A stretch of DNA of 57,145 bases, counting the filler, from Sphacelaria rigidula (lineage: Eukaryota), in NCBI GenBank assembly GCA_964200075.2. It is 2 parts of 2 records of this genome, joined end to end, with 100 filler letters (N's around TTAATTAATTAA, not from the genome) between each part and the next. Parts side by side here need not be neighbours in the genome. Positions count along the whole stretch, not along the records: positions 28,705 to 57,145 come from CAXNAA020000098.1; 1 more part is not named here. One strand, 5' to 3'. The position numbers and the translations under genes were made by a program. Positions 33,895 through 48,800 of this stretch are shown here, one piece after another (positions within the stretch are counted from its first letter, which is position 1; every line of letters starts with the position of its first letter). The notes under the pieces are model-generated. The model saw only the letters and a list, made by a program, of their open reading frames with translations, searched no databases and was not told the DNA's origin.

Positions 33895-36800
33895 ATGCCA
33901 TTTCGCGCCCACTGGCTGGAACTCTTCCGTGATGGCAGGACCCCTGGCCGATCGTCAAGGAGGCGCTGTACTTTCTGCATATCCCCGCTTTTTTGGCTTT
34001 CTGCAGCAACCGTCTTTTCGTTGCTCGCCCTCCGCGGAGAAACGGTGAGGAGAGCAAGGATCCTTTGGGAAAGTGTCATAACTGGTTGCACATCAATGTC
34101 TCCCGACACATACGCAGAATCACGTTGTCTTGAATGTTGAAAATTGAACTGAGCTTGGAGATATTTCACTCGCGTGGTGCTCTCGAGTCTATCCAGCTTT
34201 CACACAGTACTGTCCGACACAATCAGTCGCAAGGACATCGTAGATCGCCACTACTAACAATGTTTTCGTGAGATTGAGAGTAAAAAGCGGTCAATTAGTG
34301 AATGAAACGTTTCTGTTCCGAAATGACCCTCCACGAGGCCCGATATGCTTTCTGCAGCAGCTTGCCGCTGAGGTCCTTGATGCCCCTGAGTAGGATGTCG
34401 ACGTGTAGCTATAAGCACACGCTAGTGATGCAAATAAAGAAAAGCACACACGGAGTGCAAAAATGGCTGAGAGCAAGCGAATGATCAAAGCCACTCTCAA
34501 TCAGCGTTCTACTCTCAATCTCACGAAAACGTTGTTTACTGCTATATACCACTACTACAGCATGGTCAGGAGAGGTGACTTTTTAATTTTGACTGCGACC
34601 ATTGAGTGCGCTTCACCAGCACTGCCTCACTACACCGAAGAAGGCAATACATAACCTCTTGACCTATGCTGAAGACACTGTACTAGTGTGAGGCCGTGAA
34701 ACGGGGTGACTACGAATCAATACATCGTCAGCACAAGCCTGGACTACGGAATGCAAGTTCAACCGTTCTCTCCATTCGTGTACCGTGAAAAAAATTGCCA
34801 TCACAACACCAGGTGTATAGAGTACTGCGGGACCATCCGCGCATCACTGTCGGCGTCACCAGCAGTGGCATACATCAAGCCAGCGACCTCGAAAAGACAC
34901 GTTTCAACAGAACCCATAACCATGACATCCTGCTTTCTGTGGACGTGGGGCCTCCCAGCGTCAAAGAGGGTGATGCGTTGTCTGATGGAGAGCTCCACGG
35001 GACTGGAGTCAGAGTGCGCGGTGACGGTGGTGGTGGAGGCGGTGTCGGCGCTGATGCCGGCGGGGTTGCGGACGATGGGAATGTGGAGGGTAAACATCAG
35101 ACCGCCTGGCTACCTGCGTCTGGAAAGTTTGCGACTCTTGATGTAGGTGGCGGGCGTTCAGAGGATACGAGAGACGATGCAGTGCTGCATGAGAACACGG
35201 CCACACCAGTAGAACCGCCGGTGAGGGGGAGAGAGAGAACGCTGAAGGAGTGGAGAGGACAGGGGGATACTCGCTATGCAAGACTTTTCAGTTTTGTGTG
35301 TTCGCTTGGCGTATGTTGGCCTGACAGAGGGATGTAGAGAACTCCATTTTCCCAAGACCTTATCGAGTCTTGACACTTTGTCCAAGCATCGTGTAGAGGT
35401 AGTACCGCAAAAGACATAGCTCTACCAGTGACTTCCGCCAAACTCATGGCAATCACATACACCAGGCATCGCTTAATCAATGACTTCCGCCAAACCCATG
35501 GTAATCGCATTATGACACTGAAGACACATGTGATCCCTGCGCATTTCTGGTTTCCGCCTGCTCTTGAAACCTTCTCCACCAACGACGCTCGAACGAACTC
35601 GCTCACAGCATGACGAGCAACAGCGGCGAAAGCGCGAACAAGGCGACGAAGAAGAACAGCAACAACAAACGTCACCATCACCAGTCCGAGATGAAGTAAC
35701 CAACGAAGAACATTCTGCGCGAGAAGGTCTCCCGCGAGAGGAGGACTTCCAGGTTTCCAAATTGACACGCATCAAAGTCACTACCACTGACAAATCCGAT
35801 GTTGGTCATAGCTCCGAACAGCAGCATGTGAACTCAACTGTTTTGACGGGGAAGGGAGAACAGGGTGTGCAACCGCCGCTGAACAGCAATGCGGCAAAGG
35901 ACGCCCGGGGACCCAGCTCATCATCTTCGTCTGCTCGATGCTACCCCGAAGGTGAACATTCTAAGTATCGTCAGCATTTGAACACTGAATCGCCTGTTGA
36001 TGGAAGGACGAGAGATATTGTCCTGCTTTGTTTTGTGAAAACCCGAAGTCCGCGTATTTCGCATCGTGTAGGACCTGGTATTTTTAGGAGTGTTTTTGCC
36101 AAAACAGCACCCGATGTTGTCAGAGATACCACGAGCTTGATGGTCTCAAGCTCGTGGATGAAACGAAGGAGGAAATCGCCCCTGCCAAAATACGTAAATT
36201 CTTCGTTGCATGAAATGCGGGCTTCATTCTCTCTTTATGTTCCGCTCATTGTATGCGTCGTACATTCCTAGGGCTGTAGTAACACGCTGGTAGTCTCAAG
36301 CGTACACAAGACGGTCAATATTTGGGTGAACAATTAATAGTGTAAGTATCTCGGCGTTCTCAGATTAAACTCTGTGACTTCAGGCGTACACAGGATGGAC
36401 CTCTGGGACAATCAACCAGGGTATGACTGGACGACGGCCTACATGCTCGGAAACGGGCACCTCGGTGCCATTTTGGGGATGGGAACAACAAAGGCAAGAT
36501 GGGCGAAAATATGTGTAGCAAATCGTGCAGGTGCCGGTCGACCCGGTGGCTCAGTCGATCACCTCAGAATCTTCTGACGGTTGGCTCGTGTCTCGGTGAA
36601 GTCACACGATCCGGGATTTTTCTCTCACCATGCCCAACTTGTTCCGTCTCGGGAGGGATGCGTGGTCAATGGTCACACGACTAAGGCAGGCAACAAATGA
36701 GTACACCATGCCCAACGGTGGAGAGCAACTATGTCGTGGGTACACGAATATTTGACTTCACGGTCGACGCGGAAAGGGACCTCTGAACCCCTCTCGCGAC

Positions 36801-39800
36801 AAAACGTAAGGCAAGCACCGCAGAAAAAAGATGGGGCACTAAACAAAAGAAAAGAAGAACTCTCGTGTTGGCCTCTCTCCTATATGACCCAGCTAATGCG
36901 CCGATATTCACCGAAAAGTGTGGGCTGGCGCTCAGAATGGATTGAATGACAACACACACATACATACAATCTATTATACGAAGATTGTGTCGGCATATCT
37001 GCTCTAAAGTTCTTTCATGCGTTCGACACTTTGAGCGCTAAGCGCTCTTTTTCGACATGAAAGTCGCGGGCCACTTACTTTCGTCTCTTTTACGCATGCT
37101 TTATGTGCGTTTTGTCGATTTTTTTTGCGTCATTTTTCTGTGTCATATTCTGCAGGTCAAATTTCGATACGGATGAAGATCAAGCGATTGTCGATCGTCT
37201 GCTGTGTCGTTATGGGTTCGAATAAATGTTCGACGGCGGTTGAAAAAAATCGAACAGTTTTCACTTGTATATCATATTCTCGACGTGGTCCATGTGTCAT
37301 GTTCTTGTGACTGACAGGCAAACCATGAAGAGTTGCCACACGTTACCATACACTGTATTTCAGATATAAAAGGTTCCCACCTCTTATCACCGACGTGTTC
37401 CAAACGATCAGGACACGATATACATGAGCGAAGCCGGTCTGTGGGCGGGCAAAGGTCATCGAAAAGGAGCCAAATTCCCACAATCGCCGGACAAGTGAGC
37501 CTCATGTCTTCTTCGAGTACGCTACTTTTGTATACACGTGTTTTGGCATACAGTCAGCATACAGCCGGTCATACTGCCGCACGATGGGGGACTGGAGCCG
37601 CTGAAAATGAACAGCGATCATTGTACGTATATTGCAAGGTAGTCGTGGTGGTCCGGTGCTTCCCCCTCGCATTTTTTGCCGATCCCATTTCATCGATCGA
37701 TCGTTTGTGGTTCGGTCACGTGTCAAGGCACATGTTAAGAAGTGTTCCGGCTTCTACATACACGTTTGGGCCTTGTTCCCTCCTGCAAATATTCCCCACA
37801 CTAGCCCCTTCCCTATAAAGCTAAACTAACCCCTTCCCTATAGGGCTAATTTGCGGTGGCAACGAGGGGCTTCCGGGGCTCCCCTTTTCCGTCGGCTAGC
37901 ACTTATGGTTTGCAGCTCTTTCTTTGGTTGCGATATTTTGTGTTCCTCCGTGTGTGCTGCCCCACTATGCCGTCCCCTCGAAGGAGGATTGACGGGACAA
38001 CGGTGCAATCGTGTATTGAAATCGCGTTGGACTTCCCAAAACGTTTGCGGCGGGCCGCCAAAATCTCGTGAGTGCGTTTGATTTGCCGAAATCGAGGCCG
38101 GGTTGGAAGTCACGCCCCCCCTGATCCGAGGGCGGACGCATCCATCAGGGACGGTCCTTCTCTTGCGAATATCATCCACCGTACTCCACAGGGACTCTTG
38201 GAAGTGACCACTCGCGGGAAGTGGCCCTCTCCCTAGGTATTTCCAACGCGAATGGTGTTGAAAGAGTGACTGCACTCATCGTCACAACACCACAAACTAC
38301 ACGAAGAACCTTCAGGCGTAGTGCACCACAGCGAGATCACACGAACATATCAACATATCATTGGATGCACTCGACGATGTCGCACGGTACAGTGCAGTTA
38401 AACAGTAAAACGCCGTGAAATATTCATTTCATGCTCCCGCTTTGTGGCACCATCTAGTTGTGGTCTGGTAAGAGGTTGGTGTCAATTATGTTCACACGCA
38501 TACCCAGGTTAGAGTGCACACGACTATCTGATACAATAGTTTGGACTTGATTCACGCATGGACACAACCGTACAAGAGAGTTTCGTGTTCAACTCCCTAT
38601 GAGCACAGCCGCAGTTTGCCCAGGAAACCCGTTCAGACCACCATCACCTCCTGCCCCCCCCCCCCCCCCCCCCCGCGCGCCCCGGCACCTCCCTCGCCCG
38701 ATGCCTTCGGANNNNNNNNNNGTCTTTTGTTTCCACCCCCCCGTGCGCCCCCCCGCGCTTGGCCCCGGACCCCCCTCCACCCCACCACCCCCTCCTCCCC
38801 CCCCCCCCCCGTCATCGGTCATCGGTGCCACTTTCTGGTGACAGGTACAACGATTTCAAGAAAACCAGACATGCGTTACTGAAGGGCGACATCCAAGCGG
38901 CGCAAGACGCGGTAAAAAGACTTCCAACAGGTAGGCACGGGTTCATCAGCTCCTTCGAGTACGCAGGGGAAATCCATCTAGACTTTTCTCCAATAGCAGC
39001 TGGTGGTGGCAAAGGCGGTAAAGGGGATGGCGGGAAAGTGGAGGGGTACATGCGGCATCTGCACCTCAATAACGGGACAGGTGAGAAGCAGACTGTACTT
39101 GTGCCGTGCGGGTGTTGTAGGGGATGAGGGGATGAGGAGTGGAGGACACAATCAGGGGACGCCACTGTTCGGAAAAAAAAATGAAAGAAAATGAACGCTA
39201 CGAAAGAGTATGCATATTTATCTATTTCAGTACCGGGTAGAATGATATACAAACCAATATTTCAAGGAACAACAAGGAGTGCCGGGGGGCAGGGATCATG
39301 ATGTAACGGCTATGCTTTTTCAACCGCTTTTCCCACATGTTCACTTAATACAACACGGAATTGAGTGACCAGACCGGCGGTATGCTTCCCACGGTCGTGC
39401 CGCGCCCACAACAAGAGGTTACAACGTTCGCGTCTGTATGTATTTTACACCACAACTTACGATCATGATGAATCACACACCGTAACCAGTATGCTCGCGC
39501 GCGTGTCGTGTGTTATAGCGGAGGCGCGTTTTGTCACTGGGCAAAAGGACAGGGACAGCTTGACACGACTTCATTCCAGGGAAGCGTTTGCCAGCAACGT
39601 GGACAAGGTGTTAGCAATGAAATTTCGCTGCACCGAGAAAGACAGCGGAAAGGGTTGCCTCAGGTGAGTAGTGGGAACCAAGCCGTACCTGCATAAGATC
39701 CGAGCTCTACAGCGGCAGGCTGATCTTGGACAGGCGCAACGATCTGACGTGTGAAGGTAGACGTAGGCATGACAAAGCGCTAAAAAGAAACGATATACGT

Positions 39801-42800
39801 GGTGCGAGATAATGAAACTCTCATTTAGAGAACTCGAACAAGGGCCATTGTGCCCGTCGGAGTATCGCCACGGCCGTATTCCCCAGCAACCGAAGATGAC
39901 GAGAACGGATGTCACACACTCGACAGAGGCCCAGCCTTCGAGAGGATCGAGTCGTTCCACGTAGGGGCACGGCGCCTTCGGCACAGTCTGCCCTCGCAGA
40001 AGACTAAATGCTTTCTCCCGGTAGAAACACTACCGCCCTTACTCCATACATACTCGCGACACCACGCCGAAGTACCGCACTGCCGGGAAGACTCGACTTT
40101 TCAACCTATTGTGGAGATGCCAGAGCATCGTCCCCGGGCGAGCACCAGTTGCATGGGCTTGCATTTCGACCCTATTCACCCCTGTCGTGAAAGTATTGAT
40201 AGGCCTTGCTTTGATTTTCCAGGCCATAGGTCTCGCTTCCAACTGATGACCCGGGGCTCCAGGAGCTGGAACGTGTGGGCGCGGTATACTATTGCCATCG
40301 AAGGTGGCAAAGCCTTGGTGCTTCTTCGATCGAGCCCCGTCCCTCCCGCTCCCCCACCGCCCACCCTCCTCTCCCTCTGTTAGCCTTCGCCTGTCAGCTA
40401 CGAGAAATGGAGATTCGCACAAAACAGAAGGGTGGCCACTACTCACAAAAGGTGGGCCTGGAGATTACGTTGGCATTTTTAGGTCCCCGGGAGGACCGGA
40501 AGCCGAACTGGGCTTCCACGTGTGTTCAGTTATTCTCCAAACGGGAGGGGGGAAAGGAGATACCGCCAGGTCGGGGGTTGGGGACCGGAGGCTAAGGAGG
40601 GCGTTGGGCCGTGCAGAAGTAGCAGGACACGACCGCCATGATAATTCTCTTGGTGTTGACCAAGAAGTACAGGAGGCGAGTCGTTCAACGATAGCGTGCG
40701 GTACATTGGCGAATCCTCACACGTCAATATAGGAAAGCACCCTGCTGCAGTCGTGTTGAGATTCCTCTGTTCCCCCTCAAGAAATCGTGACCAAAGCTTG
40801 GGTACAGGGGTAGTGACTATCAATACACGAGTAAGTAGCCTGAAGACCTAGAAAGGTGCTTATACTCTAAACTACCAAATTCTGCGACTTGCCATGCGTT
40901 GACTGAATGCTGCAATGTCACAAAGTTCTCTGCATGCAAAATCGAGTATGATTTGGTGATGAGTCCCCGATAGTCAGTCGTGGTATGTTTCCTCTTCTTC
41001 TATAGAGTTGGTGGATTTTCCGTCAATCCTAATCCCATCAGTTATGCCCCCTCTCCATGCATACTGTAAGGAGGTTTTGCGGTCCGTGACACACGCTTGT
41101 GATATTTTACGATGGGTCTCCTACGGGGTTGTAGCCACATGAAGACACAACAGGCGTGTGGATAGTAACCACCACATAGAAAGTAAAAGATTCCCACAAG
41201 GGCCCGTCGAAGTTACCTCACATTCTCACGTTGACGACATGGTGGTATATCTCTGCATGCTTGCTGAACAGGAGGTCCACAGTTCGGATCCCTGCAGTTC
41301 TCAGCGTTATGAAAAACAGTTGCCAGAGTGAAGCGGGTAAAAGTAACTCGTAAGATTTGTGGGGGGACAACAAAACCGCGGGGTATGATTGATATAGCGA
41401 GCAGTTTTCACAAACTGAGGGATAAAACTTCTGCGAACATTTGTCGGCTTGGGGAACCAATAAATAGGTGCATCAATAATACTCTCGCCGCTAGCCGTCG
41501 AAAACATTTACCATATGTTTCCTTATCTTGGGCCACGTGCATTGGAGATCGACAGCTCCCTGTCATCTTCCCAGTATTTCGGTCAACATAATACTATGAC
41601 TGTGATTGAGCCATCGTTTTGCGAGATCGGAACTGAGTGATACCAGCCGTGTTCTTTGTCGAATGTGGAGAAAAATGAAATCGTTGTCTTAATGGTCCTA
41701 GAACACCCTTCCTACCTAAAATAAGAAAAACGAAGAATAACGGTTTCATGAGGTTGACGTCATATGTAGCCTAGATTCAGCGATGCGTCCCTTCCATGCC
41801 CCTTCCCTCCCCATCGTCGAAATCTCCAGGCCCTTGTTTTGGTGGCCGTTGTTACGGAAGATGACGTAATTACTGCAGACTCTCGCACAGCTATGAACTC
41901 CAGAGGATCTGAAAAGAACAATAGCTCCCGACGCAAAAGTCGCGGCGACAGCATCACAGAAGATATGATGAGACAGGCCTGCATGGACAGGGTAGGACCC
42001 GCGGCAGATACGGGTTTCGATAAACTACAAAGGCGGCATGTTGCTGACATGACATCTTTGTTGGGTAGAGTAGAATTTTCTCTCGAGGACAAGGGCGGAG
42101 TGATAACACCCCAACGCCAACTCGGCGATAATGGTGGAGCGGGATCGCGTGGAGTTTGCTCTGCTACTGGCTTGCCGATCAGGGAGAGGGTTTCGATGGC
42201 AGGGAAGCTGCGAGCTCCACGAGCTGGAAAGGATAAGAAAGCTGATTTACTGAAGAAAGCCGATTGGGTGGACGACGGTTTGGTCGAGTTGATGTATCAT
42301 TACGGAAGGTGGGAGAAAAGTTGACTACTAATCCAACAATCACTGGAGATGCTGAATGCTGCAGTAGCATGTACGTTTGAGCTGCTGATGGGGTGATCAG
42401 CCGCCAAGTTTAGAGTAGAGGGACTGAATCCTGTATTTTCACCCGGATTTCGCGAGGGGGATTGCCACGTGACTCACCTTGCCTGAAAAAGGATTGCTGG
42501 TTGGTTGCGGCCATCGGCTTGACGATTCGCTGTGTTACAGAAGTTGAGAAAACATACATTATTTATTCGGCGTCCGGAGAGAGATACCGTTTCGGGCGGT
42601 TGTGAGTAAGGACGCGTTGGAAAATTGTGAACGTTGGGTCGTTTGGAAGAAAGAAATGAGAAGAGGAGGGAACATTGTATTGTATAATATTTTTTCAAAA
42701 AAGGGAAATACTTGAGATTCTGAATAATGCCGAGCTGTGGCACTGACGCACACTTGATATACAATTGAAAAAATGGCATGTGTGTCATGCATATACATTG

Positions 42801-45800
42801 CTATTGAAACATAACGTGTGTGCAAATGGACAACAGCGAGGAGGAATTCAGCCGGTTCGCCAAACTGCACAAGTGATATACTAGAAAAAAATCGCACTTG
42901 CGATATATTTATATTCAGGAAAATCTCCAAACTGCACAAGTGATATACTAAAAAAATCGCCCTTACACTATACCTTCACAGAACAGTACACACGTCATAG
43001 ATTCTGTGCTGAAACGTACAAGTTGTGAACCTATGCTGCGACGTGTGTGTTCCTGCTTTTCGCGAGCATTTAGCATGTTGTCGCCGTCGGATACGCTGAA
43101 GCAGGTATCTGCTCCTAAGCGGCAGTAGATCGGGGGGGAGACCCATGAACCTTCAAGGGTTGTGGACCACGTCTCTTGTCGCGGTTTGGAAAGGCGACTA
43201 CCACCTGAACATCAACCTTCAGGTGCGAAACCAAATATAAATCGGTGCCACGGAAATATGTGAAAATCAAAAGGGATTCTGTATAATGACCTGTCGTGTA
43301 TGCAGATATAGGTAAGAAAACGGGACATTCCCTTGCTTGAGTGTGCTGATCACTGGCCTTGGTTTTGGCTGGAACGATGAAAAAAATGAACAGGAGTAGT
43401 TGCGCTTCCTGACATTATAAAGCTAAGTTTGACAAAAGATCCCTTGATTGTTGTTCCTGATGGCCTGAGATATCCACCGATGTTTCTACGCACATGGAAC
43501 GTTGCCAGCCCTCGCTCCTCGCACCATTACGTTCGTTATATCGTGTCGTTGATGTCGTCATTGCGTGCTTTGAACGTTACTATTTTCGCACCAGCATTTC
43601 GCACTGTGAGTACGACTATTTCGTGCTATCCATGTTCGTCTTTCATGCTGCTGTCCAAAGCATTGATATTATACTAGTATTTCATGCGGTTATATGACCG
43701 TTTTAAGCTATTCTGAAACTCTTGATATGATCACTTCATGAGGTTGTTGTTGTGTTGTTGTTGTTGTTTTTCAATTACAAGTAATTTTCAGTATCTCGCA
43801 CATCAATAGAAGTACGCTGAACCCAATCGAGGATACTCGAACTGTGACGCAAGATGCCAACAACAGTTGACTGAGAGGGAAAATGGTGGGGAGCTATCAA
43901 ACGCCGTTTCTTGCTACGGTAGCTTCAAGGCTTCGGGGGTGGAACGAAAATTTTGCGAAGGATAACACTGACACATGATTTACTCACGAACAGCACCCCC
44001 CTCTGTACTTGTAGGTGTCTACTGTACTTGCGTGCGCATATAACTCAACATACACTGTGAGACGGGTTATCATGCACAAGTCAACACTCAGTTGAGAAAG
44101 CAACCTCCACAACATGGTGTCTCAAACCTAGTTTGTAAGCAAGCGAGAACCCAGCTGCAGCTTTATCCACATGCTTAGCGCAACTACGTACACCTTCCAA
44201 CGGGTGGGTGACTTTCACACTTTGACGTATTTCGAACAAGTATATATTTTTCCAAGGTAACTCCGATCCTTGCAAGCACTGTTTATGACAATCCAATACA
44301 TCATACAAGAGCAGCCAAACGCCACACATTACTGCTCCATCCTGGCGTTGAGTGCTTCATACGTTCTTCCTTTGGGCAACGCGTTGCGAGCAGATGGCAT
44401 ACTGGGGAGCGCATACGGCGGCTTTGCCGGAGTGCGCGGTTCCTTTGGTGAAGTTCCTCGAAGACTTGAGTGACGGCGGCAGGCAAACAGCCCATAGGCA
44501 AGATATTATTGTTTTGGGGAAATTGGTACCGAACCTGATGATGTAGTCAGTGCCAGCACGTAGCCGAATTTTTTCCCCACGGTGCTACATAAATGCGGGG
44601 GGCGTGGGTCGTTCAACGACAGAGGGGAGTGATAATCGTCCATTTGTTTTACAGCGTGGAGCAGGAGGCGTTGTTTTTGTGCCGTCACAGACAAAAACAA
44701 AATGAACGATGAACTGTCTGAGACGGCATTCACTTTGTTGTGCGACTGAACACATCTCGTCGATGACCTCGTACGAGTCTGTACCATCGAACACTTCCGA
44801 CCTTCGCGGTAAGAACGATGCTCTAAACTCCCCTGCCGCCCTGCACTGTTGGACGACTCCCTTGCGTGATTGAATGCTTATGAAAACATTTATGATCTTG
44901 TAATTGTTTCGTAGTTCGTATGTAGCTACGGGTGAGCTCGTCGGCACAAACCCAGTGCATTGGTGCCTTGTTACAATTGGCATCATACAGATTTTCGGAA
45001 AAACTAACGAGTCGAGAGATCTCAGATTTGGATAAAGATGTATAGATGTGTAGAAATATGCCTTTCAGTGTCAGCTGGAATCAGTACATTCGGGTCTGCA
45101 TCGATACGCTCAGCAGTAGCTGAAAGCGAGAAATTTATAATTGACGAACAAAAATACGTTTTCGCGGATTCTCCATTCTTTGAAAGCTCTGCATATATTT
45201 GTTTCGGGACCCAAACCTTGCACCGCCTTGCATTATCGTTTAACCTCCATCTGGGAATGGATACTCCGACTCGATGTCCACCTGGAATATGGACCCATCA
45301 GGGATTTGATTGAACTTGATGTGATTCATTGTCGCACTTCAGGTGATCCTTTCGTTATCCACACGATAGATGTGCCCAAGACAAAACGAAACTGAAACAC
45401 CTGCTGAAGGTGAAGGGAAGAAAAACAGGATAGGTAGAACAGATGAACAAGTATACTAAGAGAAGGAAAGGAGAAAATTATACAAAGTATATAAATATTC
45501 ACCTAGAATGCCGAATCCATCTGGGATATCCATCTGAGATTTGGGTGGATATCCACCTGAGATGTGGACATCCATCTGAGATTTGGGTATCCACCTGGGA
45601 TTTGGATATCCACCTGAGATTGGATATCCATCAGGGATGTGGGCAGTCCAGATGGACATCCCACGTAAATACCCCCCATGCCCCAGATGGATGTCTATAT
45701 CCAAGATGGACATCACAGATGAACGACCATGTCCCCAGATAGACATCGCAGATTGATGTCCGTATCCCAGACAGACGTCGCAGGTTAATGTTCATATCCC

Positions 45801-48800
45801 AGGTGAATATCCCAGATAGATCTGAAGTCCCAGATGGACATCGCAGATTGATTTTTATACCCCAGATGGATATCCCAGATGGATACGACATCCCATATGG
45901 GGATTGCACGATAATGCAAAACTCCCAAATCTTGCCTGTAGTGAAACCAGGTTTTCGGAGGTAAAACGGGATGTCTCTAGGTCAAATCTTGGAGATCCCT
46001 CAGGGGTACCCTTTTTGCACGATATTGGGCACGAAAACTCCACCCTCGCTATCGACATGAACCTGACAGTCCTTGGCCACTTTGTCATTCCGGTCACTTT
46101 GAGATGCACCTCTTACTATGCTCCAGTGTTCTCGGCTCGTATATCTTTCTCACAAAAGCTTGATGTCTAGCTTCACAGCGTTGCACAGCACAGAGCACAG
46201 GGCACGGTAAAGCTACCTGCCCGCGCCTGTCACCCCCCCCTGACACGGAATTCCGAACACTATGCGCTACCGTCCCTCCAGCTACTATCGTGCGTCAGGA
46301 TGGGTCGCACATGGCAACTCCGACAGATGGGGGGCTACAGCCGTGCATGGGAGTGCTTATTGGGTGCTGTGTCCTACCTGCGGCGCATGGATGAGTCTAC
46401 ATCTATGGGAGATGTATGAGTACACGAGGTACGGCACGACGAAATTATGAACGGGGAGGAGGATCTTGTTGTATCTTGTGCCGTGGTCTCCAAAATCTCG
46501 TCTAAAATACTCGGATTTCATGGCGTTTGCATTCAATTCATATTGTGTACCACGGTTGATAGATTTCGACAGAACCCTACACGTTCGAGGGTTACAAAGA
46601 CGCTTCTCCTCCTCTGTTTTACCTGAGGCATACAGTGGAATGGCGCACCCGATTCATTACCGCACATTCTCTAACTCGTTGTTTGACCCATGCAGGGATC
46701 CCGCACTACTGCTACAGTCCGTTGTACCGGTGCTGGAGGGTGCTGTTCGATTTTTCCTGGACTACATGGTCTTGGCGGACGATGGGTCGGGTCAGTGCCA
46801 TGATACGTACAAGAGAAATACTGATAACTTGCTTGCTCCCCATTGCCCGATTGTCTGGCTACACGCTCCTTTCCTTCACTCGCACGTGGGTACTACGAGA
46901 CTCTGCCGGAGAAGTGGCGGAATAATTGCTACGGATATCACAAGCATCGAGGAGACACGGGGGTGCTCATTCTCCATAGGAGTCTACAGGCACTTGCAGA
47001 CAAATAATCCCTGCGGATCTTTCTGGAATAGAAAACTGAAGCATATTCTTGCTTTCGCTCTTTGCCGTCCCTTTCACCCCCGTTATGTTCGTACAGCTAT
47101 ACCCTCCACCACTAGCCGTAGTTACTGCTGCCTCCATTCTACAGTACTTGACTGGACGCGGCACGGTTATGGGTCACCTCGTAATACATAGGTTCGACAA
47201 GTTATGATGAATTTTCGAGCAATGTTAGCGTGCCGCCATATGTGCACCGCATATGAACGGGAACTTGAGCCTTGTTCGGCCACATTTGATTTCGCACAAT
47301 TCACACACACGCGCGCGTACACTTTGCAGGCTGGGTGAAAGAACACTAAAAATGTCAATCTCAAGGGTACAGAGGCCACAGCGGACTCCACAACACACAT
47401 ACGTGCCATACTTTGATGCTTCTCCCCCTCCAAAAATTATATATAGCATGCGCTTCCATCATCTGCTTGCATAGCGTGAATCGTCCGCTCCTTACTACAC
47501 CGCTGTTATATTCGAGTAGGTTGGTGCGAGCAGCCAAAGTATAGCGCTGCTGTATGTGCTTCAATACGATGCAAGGTGCCAATTGTGCAATTCCCTCGAC
47601 TAGTAACCACCGTCCACCCCACCCCAAAAAGGACTGCTTGCTTGCTTTCACCGACTCCACCCACAGTATAATTCATTTTCCGGAAATACAAACAACTCGT
47701 GCGGTGACCGTCTGGGGCGGCAGAAAGGGGTATGACAGGTAATTTGCAAGCATTGATTGGCCCATGTGATTGTTGGTGCTCACCGTTCTCTAGGTGAGTG
47801 TCTTCGTAGTAGTGTTTGAACATGTCGATATCCAGGCCAGTATCAATATCATCAGCGAGTAAACCTATTGTGGTACGTACACGCTGTCTTCTAATTTTAC
47901 TGTAATCTTAATGCTGTTGAGTATGCAAATGACAAAAACTTGTCACACAAGACCACTTCACATAGTACAGTATTTGCCAGAGTTGCACCAGTCTACACAC
48001 AGTGCATTAACAAGCACAATATAGCTCGCTTTGCGCTGCCAGAAAAATTGTTCTGAAATAAGCTCTGAAATAAGCACCATCCATCATAACCAGAACTTTT
48101 GACGGGCAAGCGGGACAGGAAATCCCGTCCTCAAAAGGCAACCGGACGAGACAGAAAAAAAATCTACGTTGCCTAAAAACTGACGGGACGGGAGATTTGA
48201 AGATATGTCAGGACGGGACTAAACAGGAAGCGGAGTGTCGAGACAAGGTGGGAAATTCCGATCCCGTCCCGTTGTTACCGGAACGAGTGGGTCTCGTCCT
48301 GAGAGTCTCCTGTCATGTCTACACGGGACTATGAAGACCATCCCGTGAGATCTTCGTTCCGCCCCGTCCCGTCGTCACGGGAGATGTGTGCAAACCCCCC
48401 GAAATATGTGCACTGAGGACAAGTTTTGTGCGAGTGATGCCTTTACGCACCAGCAAACAAAAACATCGCAGATTTCAAGTTCTCTTGTAATGTGTATAAG
48501 TCACATCTGGTAAAGTTTCCAAAGGCCCCAGATACCTTCAATTTCCCGTGGGGCGATCTCCCCTTCCACTTCTGGCGAGCCCTTTGCGTCCCCCCGAAAA
48601 GCGACCGGACGAGGCGGGAATTTTTCCCGTCGGAAAAATAATTACGGAACAGGACGGGCAAGTTAGGGATATAACGGCACGGTAAAATCCGCCCCGTTCC
48701 GTCACTCTTCCCGTGCGTCTCTTCTTACGTGAAAAGCCGTACCATCACCCTGGCGTGCCCGTAACGTTTTCGAACAGGTGATGGGGCATGCCTGCTCACC

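Noticed and set aside
38640-38812. Pro/Gly-rich ORFs and G-quadruplex-like poly-C tract
   Set aside because: Low-complexity sequence around an N gap (38712-38721), likely low quality; intronic.
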